Positions 1 through 11,080 of a stretch of DNA of 64,000 nucleotides are shown here, piece after piece (the stretch's first letter is position 1; every line of letters begins with the position of its first letter). The stretch spans positions 139,728 to 203,727 of the forward strand of contig NW_027192218.1 in assembly GCF_041956535.1 (NCBI RefSeq). Reading direction: 5' to 3'. The DNA comes from Calcarisporiella thermophila CBS 279.70 (taxonomy: Eukaryota > Fungi > Calcarisporiellomycota). The notes under the pieces were generated by a model. The model did no database searches and was not told where the DNA came from. It worked only from the letters and a program-made list of their open reading frames with translations. The position numbers were made by a program, and so were the translations under genes.

Positions 1-563
1 ATGTCACAGAGAAATACACTGATATTTATAAATTGTAACCAAGTCGAAGTATAGATCCGATTTGTTGAAGAAATAAATGTTAACAAAATGATACGAGAAG
101 CTGACCCATGCAATTTCGAAATTTTTCCTCTATCTCAATGAAGGCAAGTTCCGAAGTAGAAATGAGAGCCGAGGGGACTAGCAATTCTTGAGGCTATCGG
201 AAACAGGTAGTTATGTGTATTCAATCAACATCGGAAATGAGAGCACTCAAAAGAAAGAGCTGCTGGGATTCAACTGCTCCGGTTTATTGCATAAATTTCA
301 TTTTTCAACAAGGTTGTTTGTTGGTATATATCTTTTCTCTCATGGGAGGCAATCTACATTTGTGCTACTTAACCAGGTTTACTCTATTGCCCAACCGAAG
401 CTATGAGCAGTCCATTCTGGTAGATCTGAAGAACTCTCATATGATTAGCTTTATTGAATTCCCATATAATCCTCAAAACAAATATTCAATACTCAAGTGT
501 TACTGGAGCACAACACCTCCAGTACACAGCCTTACTGCAGTCTTAGGGCGACCGAACAAATAC

Positions 564-2447
564 TCACAAGGAAGGATTAGACACGAAAACCCCGTGGAAA
601 TTATGGGGCGCGATTTTTCCTTCAGGCATTTCAGCCCTTGCTATTTCTTTAAGCGAGCGGGCATCCAACACCAGAAGAAAACCGGTCGCACGGTGTCCAT
701 CCAGCACAACACTAAGTAACACGCCATCGTCTTCCTCAGTTGCATTTGGAGAGGGTACAAATACGGGCTCCGAAGGAGTACACCTCTCCTCCTCCCAGTA
801 TGAAAGCCCACTGCCGTCCTTTCTTTTGATCGCGTCAAGGTCTACTTTAATGATGCGATCGTACAATAGAGTATCATGCAATCCAGAACGGCTGACACCG
901 TAGACGTAGCGGTAGCTTTTTTGCCAGCGCTTAGGATGGATGCCTGGGAGTTCAAAGTTGGCCTCCGGGACCTCGAAATCGATCTCCGCCCTGGAAAGGT
1001 CGTTTGGCTTGTTCGAGGTTGGGCGGCCTGCACGTTTCAAGCGATATCGACGGAAGATCGCTTGTTGTGGTACTTTGCCAGAAGGGTTGCGCAAGTTTTC
1101 TATGTAATAGTCGCCGATGACCGTGTGATCCTAGTTGGATAATGGGAGGATTTTAAGCGATTAAGGGAGGCTTCTCTTCCAAAGTTTGAAGAGCCAAAGA
1201 GGTACCTTGTAACAAGCGATATCAAGCACAATATCCTCCCCTTCATCGAAGGCATTTATCGTATGGAATGCATAGTACGGGTCCGTTTCAAATGTGGAAA
1301 CATGCTTGCCAAGCTTGCGATCCACCACGTAGAAGATCGCCTTCTTGCTGGGATCGAAAGGCTGGAACGAATCCCAAGCGTTACCATTCCACAACACGCT
1401 TACGCCCCAAGCTGCAAAATCGCACTGCCATTGCGTCATGATCACATACCGCTTGGTCAAGGAAAAGCTGTGCATATAGGTCGCTCGCGGGGAGGAGATT
1501 TCGGCCAGAATATCAAGGTCTGGCAGCCGATTTGTCCCCGCACGCGCTGGTCTAATCCGCACGAATTTGTAGACCGCGGTGGGCCCGAAGGTCAAAAGAA
1601 TGGTGAAGTACTCGCCGGTGTCCGGATCTATCTGCGGGTGTGCGGGTGCCAGATTGGCGCTGGTTAGCGAGTCATCTATATCGCCGTAGGTGAATAGACG
1701 GATCGGCTCCAGCGTGACGGGGTCCAGTTCCTGCAAAACATTGCCATCGGTAGTGGTAATCAAATTTCGTAGCGGTTTCTCCGCAGCCAGTTTACTGTCG
1801 GCGAAACCTGGGAAGTTTGGAGTAGGGATCACAGCTACGTTTACATCGGTAGCACTAGTGCTAGGTTCAACCCCAAGTGTTAACGTTTTAAACGTGGTGA
1901 AAAACTTGTTGAAGATGGTCTTGCAGGGATCACGCTGACAGAAAGTCACTCCGGTGATAGCCTCGGCTTTTTTGTATCTTTGAGCGAGGCCGTTAGAGGT
2001 GTTGCGCGAGCGGTAAGCTACTTGACCGCCCTTTTGGATTTCGTATCTGTGCACTTAAGTGTACCAAACAAAATAAACACTTAAGTTGACTTCATTCAGA
2101 CCAAAGGCTAATTCGCATTCGAATTCTTTGAATGGAGCATGAGCGTAAATACCTTGAGCCAAGCCGTCGAACCAATGCTGGATATGGATGTCCTTTCCAC
2201 TATCGGTGGTAAGGTCGTAGTTACTATTGCAAATGGGTTTCAAATAGGATAAACCGTGTGCCCCTTCAAAAAAAACAAAGCAAGAAATTCCCTACCCAGG
2301 GCCAGAGCGGTATAGAACGCCTTCCAACCAGTTTGGTATAGCCCCTTTCACTGTCAGCGGCACTGGGTCTAGCACCTCTGGGACGTTGTAGTAGCCTTTT
2401 GTATAAGGCCAGGTAGTAGAATCGGGTGGAGAAGATATCTTAGACAT
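564..2447 (-). CDS. Carotenoid cleavage oxygenase (RPE65/CCD family), 4 exons
   Basis: Spliced product starts MSKISSPPDSTTWPYTKGYYNVPEV..GAIPNWLEGVLYRSGPG..HWFDGLAQVHR. All four Fe-binding His contexts are present (PAHPQID, YMHSFS, AFHTINAF, HNFHGVF), plus EPVFVP..EDDGVLL. GT-AG introns at about 2295-2224, 2152-2054 and 1205-1131. Confidence 0.93.
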
Positions 2448-2837
2448 GGAGTTTGGTAAAGCAAGAAATCAGGATGAAGAGCACTTATTGTGTGTGGGAA
2501 GAAGCCCGGGGAACAGGATGGCTTCATGCAACTAGAATGCACAGCAAAGCTGGCGTGAGGGTTCTAAAGTTGTGAGCTTACCCAGGCGGAGAGAGATGCT
2601 TACTTCTGTTTGGTTAGTTGGGATGGATTTATAAGGAAGCCTAATGAAAAATATCCTTTTCTGTTAATATTAATCAAAACAACTAAAGCGAATTTAAAAG
2701 ATTCACAAGACATTAAACATGGGACGGGAACGAGAAGGCTGAAAAAAGTTTATCACACGCTATATATATGCAGTTATGCACAGTATATAGATATATATAC
2801 CGCAAACGGCGCTTCAAAAAAACCCATTGTTAGCATA

Positions 2838-4394
2838 ATGTCTACCCTTGATTTGCTTCCTCATTCAAAGCATGTCGACTGGTCTGACCGAGAGACCGCC
2901 CATCGACTACATCTTGCTGCCGCCTCCCTGTTTTTCGACGTTGGCGTGTTGCTTTATCATTTCACAACCCCATATCACCCCAAGGTAAATATTGAAATCG
3001 GTCTCTTTTTTTTTATCTCTCTTATCTCAATATTCCTCTGTAGTTTTACGTGAAACCGGCCAGGCGAATTGCATTACGCGTGCACATTGTCAGCGGTTGC
3101 CTTGAAAGTAAGTGGGATACTTATAGTAGCCTTTGCGAACGCCACTGCATTGAATACTGACAAGCACTAACCTCATACTGTAGTTCTATCCTGTGTTGCT
3201 GCGTTTTATGCTAAGGACCCGACGCCTTATGCCTATGCCGCCGCCATATGCGCTGCCATCGGCCATGTCCCGTCTACCTTCTATAAAGTCCCGACCGTTC
3301 TGGGTATTAAAGCATTCTTAGTCCCCTCTCTCTTCATGGTGTCGGCCCTGCACGGGTATTTTGCCCTTAAGCTGGCGCTCAACCCCACCTCCTTCTACTA
3401 TCTGATGTCCACTTTCTTAACGGTTCATATTTACGCCTGGTCACGCGTGTTCTTTGCCTTGTACTATCGATTCAAACTCTTCGAAAGTCATCGTTTTTCT
3501 GCCTCCATGCTGACGAGCGGCATGCTTATGATCCCCGCTGTGCTTGGCTATCGCGGAAATTTGATCCTTTTAGGAGGCGTGCTCCTTTCTGATATTCTCA
3601 TCAAGACGATCAAGAAGAATCCACATTTCTGGAAAGAGTGGACGACGGAAAACCCGCGTGAGCTTGCCGCGTCACCGGAGCGGAAAGTAGTGCTGGACGC
3701 TCTGGTCACAGCGGCCGAAGTGAGCACAGATATTTCCACCCTGGCATCACATGATCCAGTCAAACGGTACGCGACCATTGTGGGCACCGTAATGTCAGCC
3801 AATAAACGAAAGTCGACTCCTAGTGAAAAGGCTAAAAGTGTGTTTCGAGCAATCGATATCAACAATGACGGCAGATTATCTATCGAGGAATTCAAACATT
3901 TTCTCCGAGCCTGCGGTATTTCCGAAGTGGATATTGATAAAAAGCTGATGATCGAAGAGGTGTTCGGCGATAAAGAATCGATCGATTTCGATGAGTTTGC
4001 GACCTGGTTCACACGACACTGGGTCCATCAAAGCTCAATCACGATTCCCCACCTGCCGAAAACTTCAAGAGGGGAGGCGAAAATGGTGTTTGATGCTCTC
4101 GATTGCGATGGCAGCGGATATCTTGATATCGAAGAGCTTCAGTATTTACTGCAGACGTGGGGTCTCCCGGAGAAAGAGGCCCACGCCTATCTAAAGGTAA
4201 CCATGAAATAACTTGACGTGGTGTGTTGAATAGTGTATTTGACAGTGTTGATTTTTGTTTTCCGCCAGAGTGTTGACAAAAATAACGATGGGCAAATCTG
4301 TTTTGATGAATTTTATCGGAATATGAAAACGATTTGGAAGTTTGGTGCGCAGTCTTTTATTGACGAGGGGAAAGTGGTTGTTGAAGCGAAGTAG
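2838..4394 (+). CDS. Uncharacterised polytopic membrane protein (~7 hydrophobic segments, His-rich) with C-terminal calmodulin-like EF-hands, 4 exons
   Basis: Spliced ORF MSTLDLLPH..FDVGVLLYHFTTPYHPK|FYVKPARRIALRVHIVSGCLEI|LSC.. EF loops DINNDGRLSIEE, DCDGSGYLDIEE and DKNNDGQICFDE, plus one degenerate loop. Three GT-AG introns restore the frame; stop at 4392-4394. Confidence 0.85.
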
Positions 4395-5651
4395 CAGCCC
4401 CTCCTAAATCTATCGAGCTATGTAAGAACTTCTATGCTTATTTTGAGCCCTACTTTTTAGTTTCTTCAGTCCGTGTTGAAATGTTTTTAATAAAAACTCT
4501 CTGGTCAATTGTTTTCACTATTCTATTTGCAACTAAGTCATGTTCACATAGGATATCCATTGTGAGTATCTCTCTTTACAAGCTAGCCCAACGCATGCAA
4601 TGCTATGTACAATCTTGCCCATGAGATCATACCAACCTACGTGCATATATATCAAGCTTTTCGGAAAAAAAGCCTTAAATATTACAAGAGATTTTGAAGA
4701 AATACAGTCAGGATTGGTTGTTTTTTACTAAATGCAAGCCTCTATTATCCAAAATACAATAAGCTCCAATGCAAACCCGGATTTTATTTACATGGTGTCT
4801 CGGGAAAAGATGTGCTAGATAGGTTGTTCAATCCCCGAGTGCGATTTACACTACATGAATAACCCTCTGAGAGCAAAATTAGATCAACGGTGAGCTGGCT
4901 GAAGTGGGGAATTAAGCTATACAGCTCTGATTCTCTTGCAGCAACATCATTTCAATTTACGAACTAGCTATTGTCATGGTGGATCGCATAATTACATAGC
5001 CTCCACACGATATTGGATTAGATTAAAGTTGTTAGTTACTGGTTGAAGAGATGAAAAATATCCACGGTATAATTAAACCGAAGTAGTCGGTTCTGCTATT
5101 AAGTGCGATGTCGCTGAACTTAAAAACCTCCAGCTTGGAAGCATAAAAGAGTGGGAAAATGCAATGTAAATTTTACATTACATAATCTGCATTGAATTCC
5201 CGAAAACAGACAAGTTCTCGGTGGATATTAAACTTTAATATTACTTAGATGCATAAATAGCTAGATTGCGGGAGGAGATCTTGGCGGCGATGAATATCGG
5301 ATCTTATGCGGTAGTGGGTACGAAAATTTTTTCTAGCATGAGGTAGGAAAAGAGAGACCAAAGCAACTCCTATGCTGGACGTTGAGCCCTCTAATAATCA
5401 CACTTTACCATAAATTTAAGTACTCTTTTGATTATATATATTGACATTTAAAAGATGTAAACAAAACTAGATAGGTGAAAACTCCCCCCTCCAAAAAAAC
5501 ACTTTTGATTTTATAAAAGGACATATGCTGAATATATTGAACCATTATAAAAAAATATAATCTAAAAAAGTTTGAGGTTCTTACGTTTACACCAGGTGTG
5601 TTGAATATGATACAATGAGCCAGAATTCTACAGAGCGCCTCACTCCTCAGT

Positions 5652-6991
5652 TCACTTCACTGGCCGTTTTACTTCCTTTTGGAAGTTCAAATGGTACCTA
5701 GAATATGATGTGTTTAGTAAAGCAGCCAATATACAAACAAAAGGACATATCCTTACATCTTCGGTGGCAAATGCTTTCCAAAAGTCCGATTAATCTGGTT
5801 CGAGCACAATAAAGCCGAAAATATCACGAAGATATGAAAGACCACAACCGTGAAGGCAGTCACCCATGTGATGAACAGGACCTGGGTCGTGAATTGGGTG
5901 TACTTGAATTTACAGCCTGGGAGAAGAGTGCGAGGGAAGCAACGATTGCTGCGCTCAGAGTAGTCATCGAAGGTTCTATAGCCGCAACAATGGAGCTTTA
6001 TAATCATAAGAATAATGGGTGAGTCAGTTGTGCAAATAGAACAAGGGCCATCAAACTTACATTGGCTTGCATGCGTAAGCGATCGGTGGTGGTGAATTTG
6101 CGATGCCATTGATAACTGAGTTTTGCCTCAAGATTCCACTTTGCACGTATACCATGATGGTTAGAAGCCAGAAAAATAGAAAAGCCCCTTACAAGCTCCA
6201 TATTATCGGTTACCTTTGCCTTTCGATAGGCCACATATCCGATTGCCAGAATAAGTGCAAAGCAAGGCCAAAGGAGCATGTTATATATAGTTAGAATTTT
6301 TCGATTGTTCAACATGATTCCAGTGTAGCCGATAAGCGAGGTTATAATACAAAGAACCGAGACTGCCGTGAGGACTAGGGAAAAAAGTCACAATTCAATA
6401 CGGGCTTATTTTCGGATAAAAATAGCATGCTGTATACGACTTACATTTGATAATAAGATCTTCTCCCACTATCATGATATCCGCCCTCAAGTAGAGTTTA
6501 AACCAGGTCAATAGTACGGCCAACATTCCCCCAATTCCATAAGCAAACAACAAGGTGTTAGAGAAAATAAGGCACCATTTATATTTCGTCCATCTCTGCG
6601 GACCGTCTCGCGGCACTTCTGGTAATCTCTTGATGACGTGTAGGTTGTTAATGTCTGCATCATGGACAGAAATGGATATGTTGCTCCTGCGATTGGGCGT
6701 TTGCCAGGAAGAAAGGGAGTCTTGCCCATATCGAAAACTCGATCCCCCAGGGCTAAATGGTGGCGGTGCGTAATATGGCAGCGTGAAAGAGGAGGGAGGA
6801 CGGTCGGAATAATCGCTGTGATAATTATATTGGGAATGAGCTTGCGATTCAGGCCTAACAAAATGAAAATTCAATTTGAAATTTGATTAATACACAGGAA
6901 AACTAGTTGAATGGCGACTAGGATGTGCCTATTAAAGGAAAAATAAATGGCAGGCTGCGTAAGCCCTTTTTGCTCACCTTTTCTCTATCAT
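5652..6991 (-). CDS. Fungal tetraspanin (Tsp2-like)
   Basis: Four TM segments, an LHCCGY (CCG) motif and further Cys residues in the large extracellular loop (NRCFPRTLLPGCK). Short first exon MIEK(R) splices in frame to PESQAHSQ. Last exon YHLNFQKEVKRPVK*. Confidence 0.82.
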
Positions 6992-7247
6992 TATTAATTA
7001 TTTTCTCATTTCTTGCCAGCGTCTTTACTATAACTAAAAGAAGTATACCATATTCGTTGTCCAACGTAGCCCAGCTAATAAAAACGTTTAGAAAAATGGC
7101 GCATGAAATCACGATCGCTCATGTTATCAAAGAAATATCCAGATCGCCATATACATATCCAGCGCCTATCCCATTTCAACCTTTGATCCAGGAGTTTAAA
7201 AACATGGTTCGTTTTTTTTTTCTCGCATCTTTCCACTAAACTTCATC

Positions 7248-8279
7248 ATGGAAGATACCGCGCTTCAGCCCACCCCTCCACCTCTACATACAGACGATAA
7301 GCCGTTCGCAGAATCTTCACCCTTAATAGAGCCTGCACCCCTGGAGTCTGTTTCGGCAGAAGTGCAGGCTCAAGCGAGCCAAGACATGCAAGAGGAAGAG
7401 AATACGGGTGGTGATCAAGATCTGATAACAAGGGTAGAAGAACGCCCTCGTACAACCAGCTATTCATATGACAACAACGCTCTTAGGCAGCGCATGAATG
7501 CTGTGGTCGAGCGTGTTGCAGAACCCGAGCAGATGTCTAGCTCACGTGCTAAGACCGGGGAGACAGGGCCTGGGGAAAGAAATAGCGAGTACGAATGTAA
7601 CATTTGGTAAGGAAGCAAGAATCCATTGGAAAACACCCAACTGATTAATTGATACGACTTATTTTTCTCTTTGTTTACCCTCAGTTTCGACACTGCAACC
7701 AATCCTGTAATAACACTGTGTGGACATCTTTTCTGGTAATTATTACTAATTGTATTTGGATACCACCCGTTTCGAATAATTCACACCTCTATTAGCTGGC
7801 CATGTCTTCATCAGTGGCTCGATGCTCAATCCCGAAACCCTTTGTGCCCAGTTTGCAAAGCTGGCTGCGAAAAAGAAAAGGTGATTCCCATATACGGCCG
7901 CGGAAAGGATTCAAAGGATCCTCGATCCGAGAATATTCCAAACCGCCCACCCGGGCAGCGCCCCACCCCACGTCGCGATCCAAATCAACCTGCTTCCCCA
8001 TTCTTCGACACCACGTTTTCAGGCATCAATATCAACCCCCATTTTACCGTTGCTGCAGGCTTTGGTCTGTTCCCATCGATGTTTAGCGTGCAATTTGTAA
8101 GCTGCTTACTGGAAATCTAATATGGATATGAAAATAACTTTTGTATTTTTTTCCTTTCATAGGCATGGCCTCCTAGCCAAGGCAACATACACCCGGGACA
8201 ACAGCCGCAGCGAGAGTTTTTCACGCGCCTTATGCTGATGCTTTTGGTGTTAATCCTCATGACCGTTGTATTTTACTGA
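7248..8279 (+). CDS. C3HC4 RING E3 ubiquitin ligase, RNF5/RNF185/RMA1-like, tail-anchored
   Basis: Spliced [44 protein letters not shown] and IPNRPPGQR, with a C-terminal hydrophobic tail. Confidence 0.9.
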
Positions 8280-8450
8280 AACTTGAACGTATCTTTATTT
8301 TCCTCTCCGTTGCCTCTTCTTATTCTAGACCCATCTATTTCCTCTTTCGCTTGTTTCCCCCTCCCGCCTCCCTCCCCCCCTTCTTCTATCCTTCTTTCCT
8401 TCTGAACCCAAAGGGACTTTGTAATTTACTGCTTTTACATCTAATTAAAT

Positions 8451-10029
8451 CTATTCTTTCGTAAACAGCCCAAATTCGGCCATCATACTTATGTGGTCAC
8501 TCGCAAACTCTTCGTTGGGCAGTGCAGGCTGCAACTCCTCTTCTTCCGGCATCTTCAAAAGAGCCGTTGCTCGCCACTCATCCTCCGGTTTTCCTTGTTG
8601 CGGCTCAACCACGAAGATATAATCCAATAATGCCTTGAAAAAGTGGGTGTACACGCTGTGTATTGGCTCGCCGAGGGCGCTTGATCGAGACCCATCCACG
8701 GAGGAGTACTGGTTGTATGCACTGTTGCAGCGGGGAAGAGCTGCCACTCTCTCCAAAAGGTCCGGTACGGTCATGAGGGAGGCATCAAGTTGCGCTTGAT
8801 GTGCGTTATCATTCAAAATATGATCAGCCTCTGCATCCTCGGCTTCATCAAGGCCCTCATCATCGTCTTCGCTGTCAGAAGAAGAGGGAGGAAGGACATG
8901 TCGAGATTCGTTGAGCATAGCAAGATGCTGGGGTTGAAGTGGGGCTTTAGTTAGAGACCAATATGCTGGATCGGCAGGGGACATATTAAAATCTGGAGAA
9001 AAGAGAAATGGAATTAGCACACCCAGGTTCAATCATCTGCACTAAAAACATTTGGCAACAAAGAATACAAAACATGAATAACAAATAAGCCTAGATTGGA
9101 AGAGATAAAAACAAAAGGATTCCCACTTACCTCCACAAAGGAAGATAGGGTAGCTCATATCTCTACCGAAATCCATCGCCCCTTCCAAGAGCAATGTTGC
9201 CTGACGTAGTCGTTCATAGTGTGTGCCCGGACGCCAATACAAGTGTGTCGTTCCTACTATTACCCCCTCCTCCCCCGCTTCTCTCCCGAAGGTTTCCTTA
9301 TCGGTCTTGCCCAGGCTCGCCTTTTCTGAACGAAAGCGAAGCGCGACCAGCTGTGCGATATTCCCTGTGTTACGCGTTTTTGGGATCTCAGTGGTCAGAT
9401 CGTCGTAGTGGAGCGCTTTCTCATCCCTTTTCTCAAAAAGCTCTTGTCTCCAAGCAATACAGCAACCTAAGTTCCAATGCGTAGACAATTATAATATAAC
9501 ATGAGTATGTTACGCCTCAGACAAAGATCTTACCATGAAGCTTCTTGGCCCCTCGAGAGTAGACAGCCTCATAACCCAGCGCCCGCAATTCGTGAGCGTA
9601 TACATCTTCCCACTGATCGACCTCCTGTAGACAAAGAATATCAGGGCGATAGTGCTCAAACTCTTTTAGCAGGAGAGGTCTTCTCGCTTTCCAGCGCAGA
9701 TTGTTGCCGGAGGTGGGATACATGTTGCGGCGAATTAAACATTGGGCGAGGATCTATTAGAGCGAATTAGAAGAATGAAAGTTGGAGGTAGGTCATAAAA
9801 AGTGCCATTAAGCAGGTTTGACTAGAGGTACATTATAGGTCATGAGGGTAAATTTACGCCTAGGAGCGGAGGAATTCGAGCTGGATAGCGGAAGGATCGC
9901 TCTATTAAGGGAACGGGAGGACGCAGATGCGACCTTAGCTTGCTGTTCAAGCAAGAGTTTTTTAGCACGGCGCTGCTGGCGCTTGTGCTCGATGAGTTGC
10001 TCGTCAGTCATTTCAGCCGGATCCACCAT
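8451..10029 (-). CDS. CCR4/Ngl/Angel-family exonuclease-endonuclease-phosphatase (deadenylase-like)
   Basis: Motifs MTYN|ILAQ, DILCLQEVD, TTHLYWRP, CGDFN, LDYIF and SDH. Confidence 0.88.
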
Positions 10030-10201
10030 CTTGGATGAAGGCGAAAAGGAGGGTCCGAGAGGCAGGAAATAGAATCTCAAAATATATCTTTCGGCCAAAG
10101 ATTGCGTAGAGGTAGACGGAGATATAACGTGTACAAAATGGCATTTTATTACTTATTACGGAAAAAAAATATATTAGGCGACAAAATGAGAAATCTTATG
10201 A

Positions 10202-10654
10202 CTAAATAAGCATGGCTCCCACAACACCAGCAGCAGCAATGACTCCTTTCCAGACGGCACCCTCGCCCAGTGCAGCAGCACTGCCGTGAGTGGGTCTGAC
10301 GACCGGTGTGGTTCCGATCATGGTGCCGCCACCGGGCATGGTGGAAGTGAAGGTGGACATGCTGACTGGCAAAGAGGTCGTGAAGGAGCTTGTGCTTACA
10401 CCGGTCGTGGTAAAGGTGAGGCTCGCGGTGGAGGTGCCAATGGGAAGGGTGGCCGTGGTGGTTCCGGTACTTGAGACCAGGGTGCCTGGAGGAGAGAAGA
10501 AGAAGAACATTTAATTCTGATTCAGGTCATTGGGAAAAAGGAGAAATAGGGGCCTACCGCTAGTGACCTCAACTGAGGAGCTCGACACGGAGGTCTCCTG
10601 CGCACTCACTAAGCCGAGAAGGCATAGGACAACGAAAGACGGAAGCAGTTGCAT
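10202..10654 (-). CDS. Small secreted Ser/Thr-rich, probably GPI-anchored cell-surface protein, 2 exons
   Basis: Signal peptide MQLLPSFVVLCLLGLVSA, S/T-rich core, GSAAA omega-site-like motif and hydrophobic C-terminus (VIAAAGVVGAMLI*). Confidence 0.75.
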
Positions 10655-11080
10655 TATAGTCGAGAAGATTGTTGGAAATGTTCACGTGCGGATAAAAAAA
10701 ATCGCGGAAGAATACAGAAGGGCGGGCTGAATGTTGGCGAGACTTTATATACCAAGGGGTAGAAAGGAGAAGAATGGAGGAAGGACGCCCAAGGACTGGG
10801 GTGGAATTTATACTTTTCTGCAAGGGGGTTTAGCACAGAAGATCCTCTTGAATGCTGGAAGTGGGCGATATTATTTTTTTTCCCACTTTTTTCTGTGGTG
10901 GTGGCAACCGTTTTGATTGAGCCAGGCCTCGAAACATCTTCATTCACAGGAAAGTCCCCGCTCTCCCTCCGATGCCTTTCCTCAGAAGCGAACGAAAAAA
11001 AAAGGAGAAACATTTTAATAATAGCAAAAACCATGGCAAGAAACAAGTGATGAAATACAAGAGGAAAAAAAAATAGAAAT

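Noticed and set aside
3589-3606. DxxxK in helix 7 of the EF-hand protein as proof of a rhodopsin
   Set aside because: The Lys is followed by TIKKNP rather than a hydrophobic half-helix, and no helix-C retinal-pocket motif is visible. Kept only as a caveat.
10949-10960. GGAAAGTCCCCG resembling RNase MRP CR-I
   Set aside because: No downstream GGGGCT CR-V partner on the same strand; it lies just downstream of the eIF4G stop codon.
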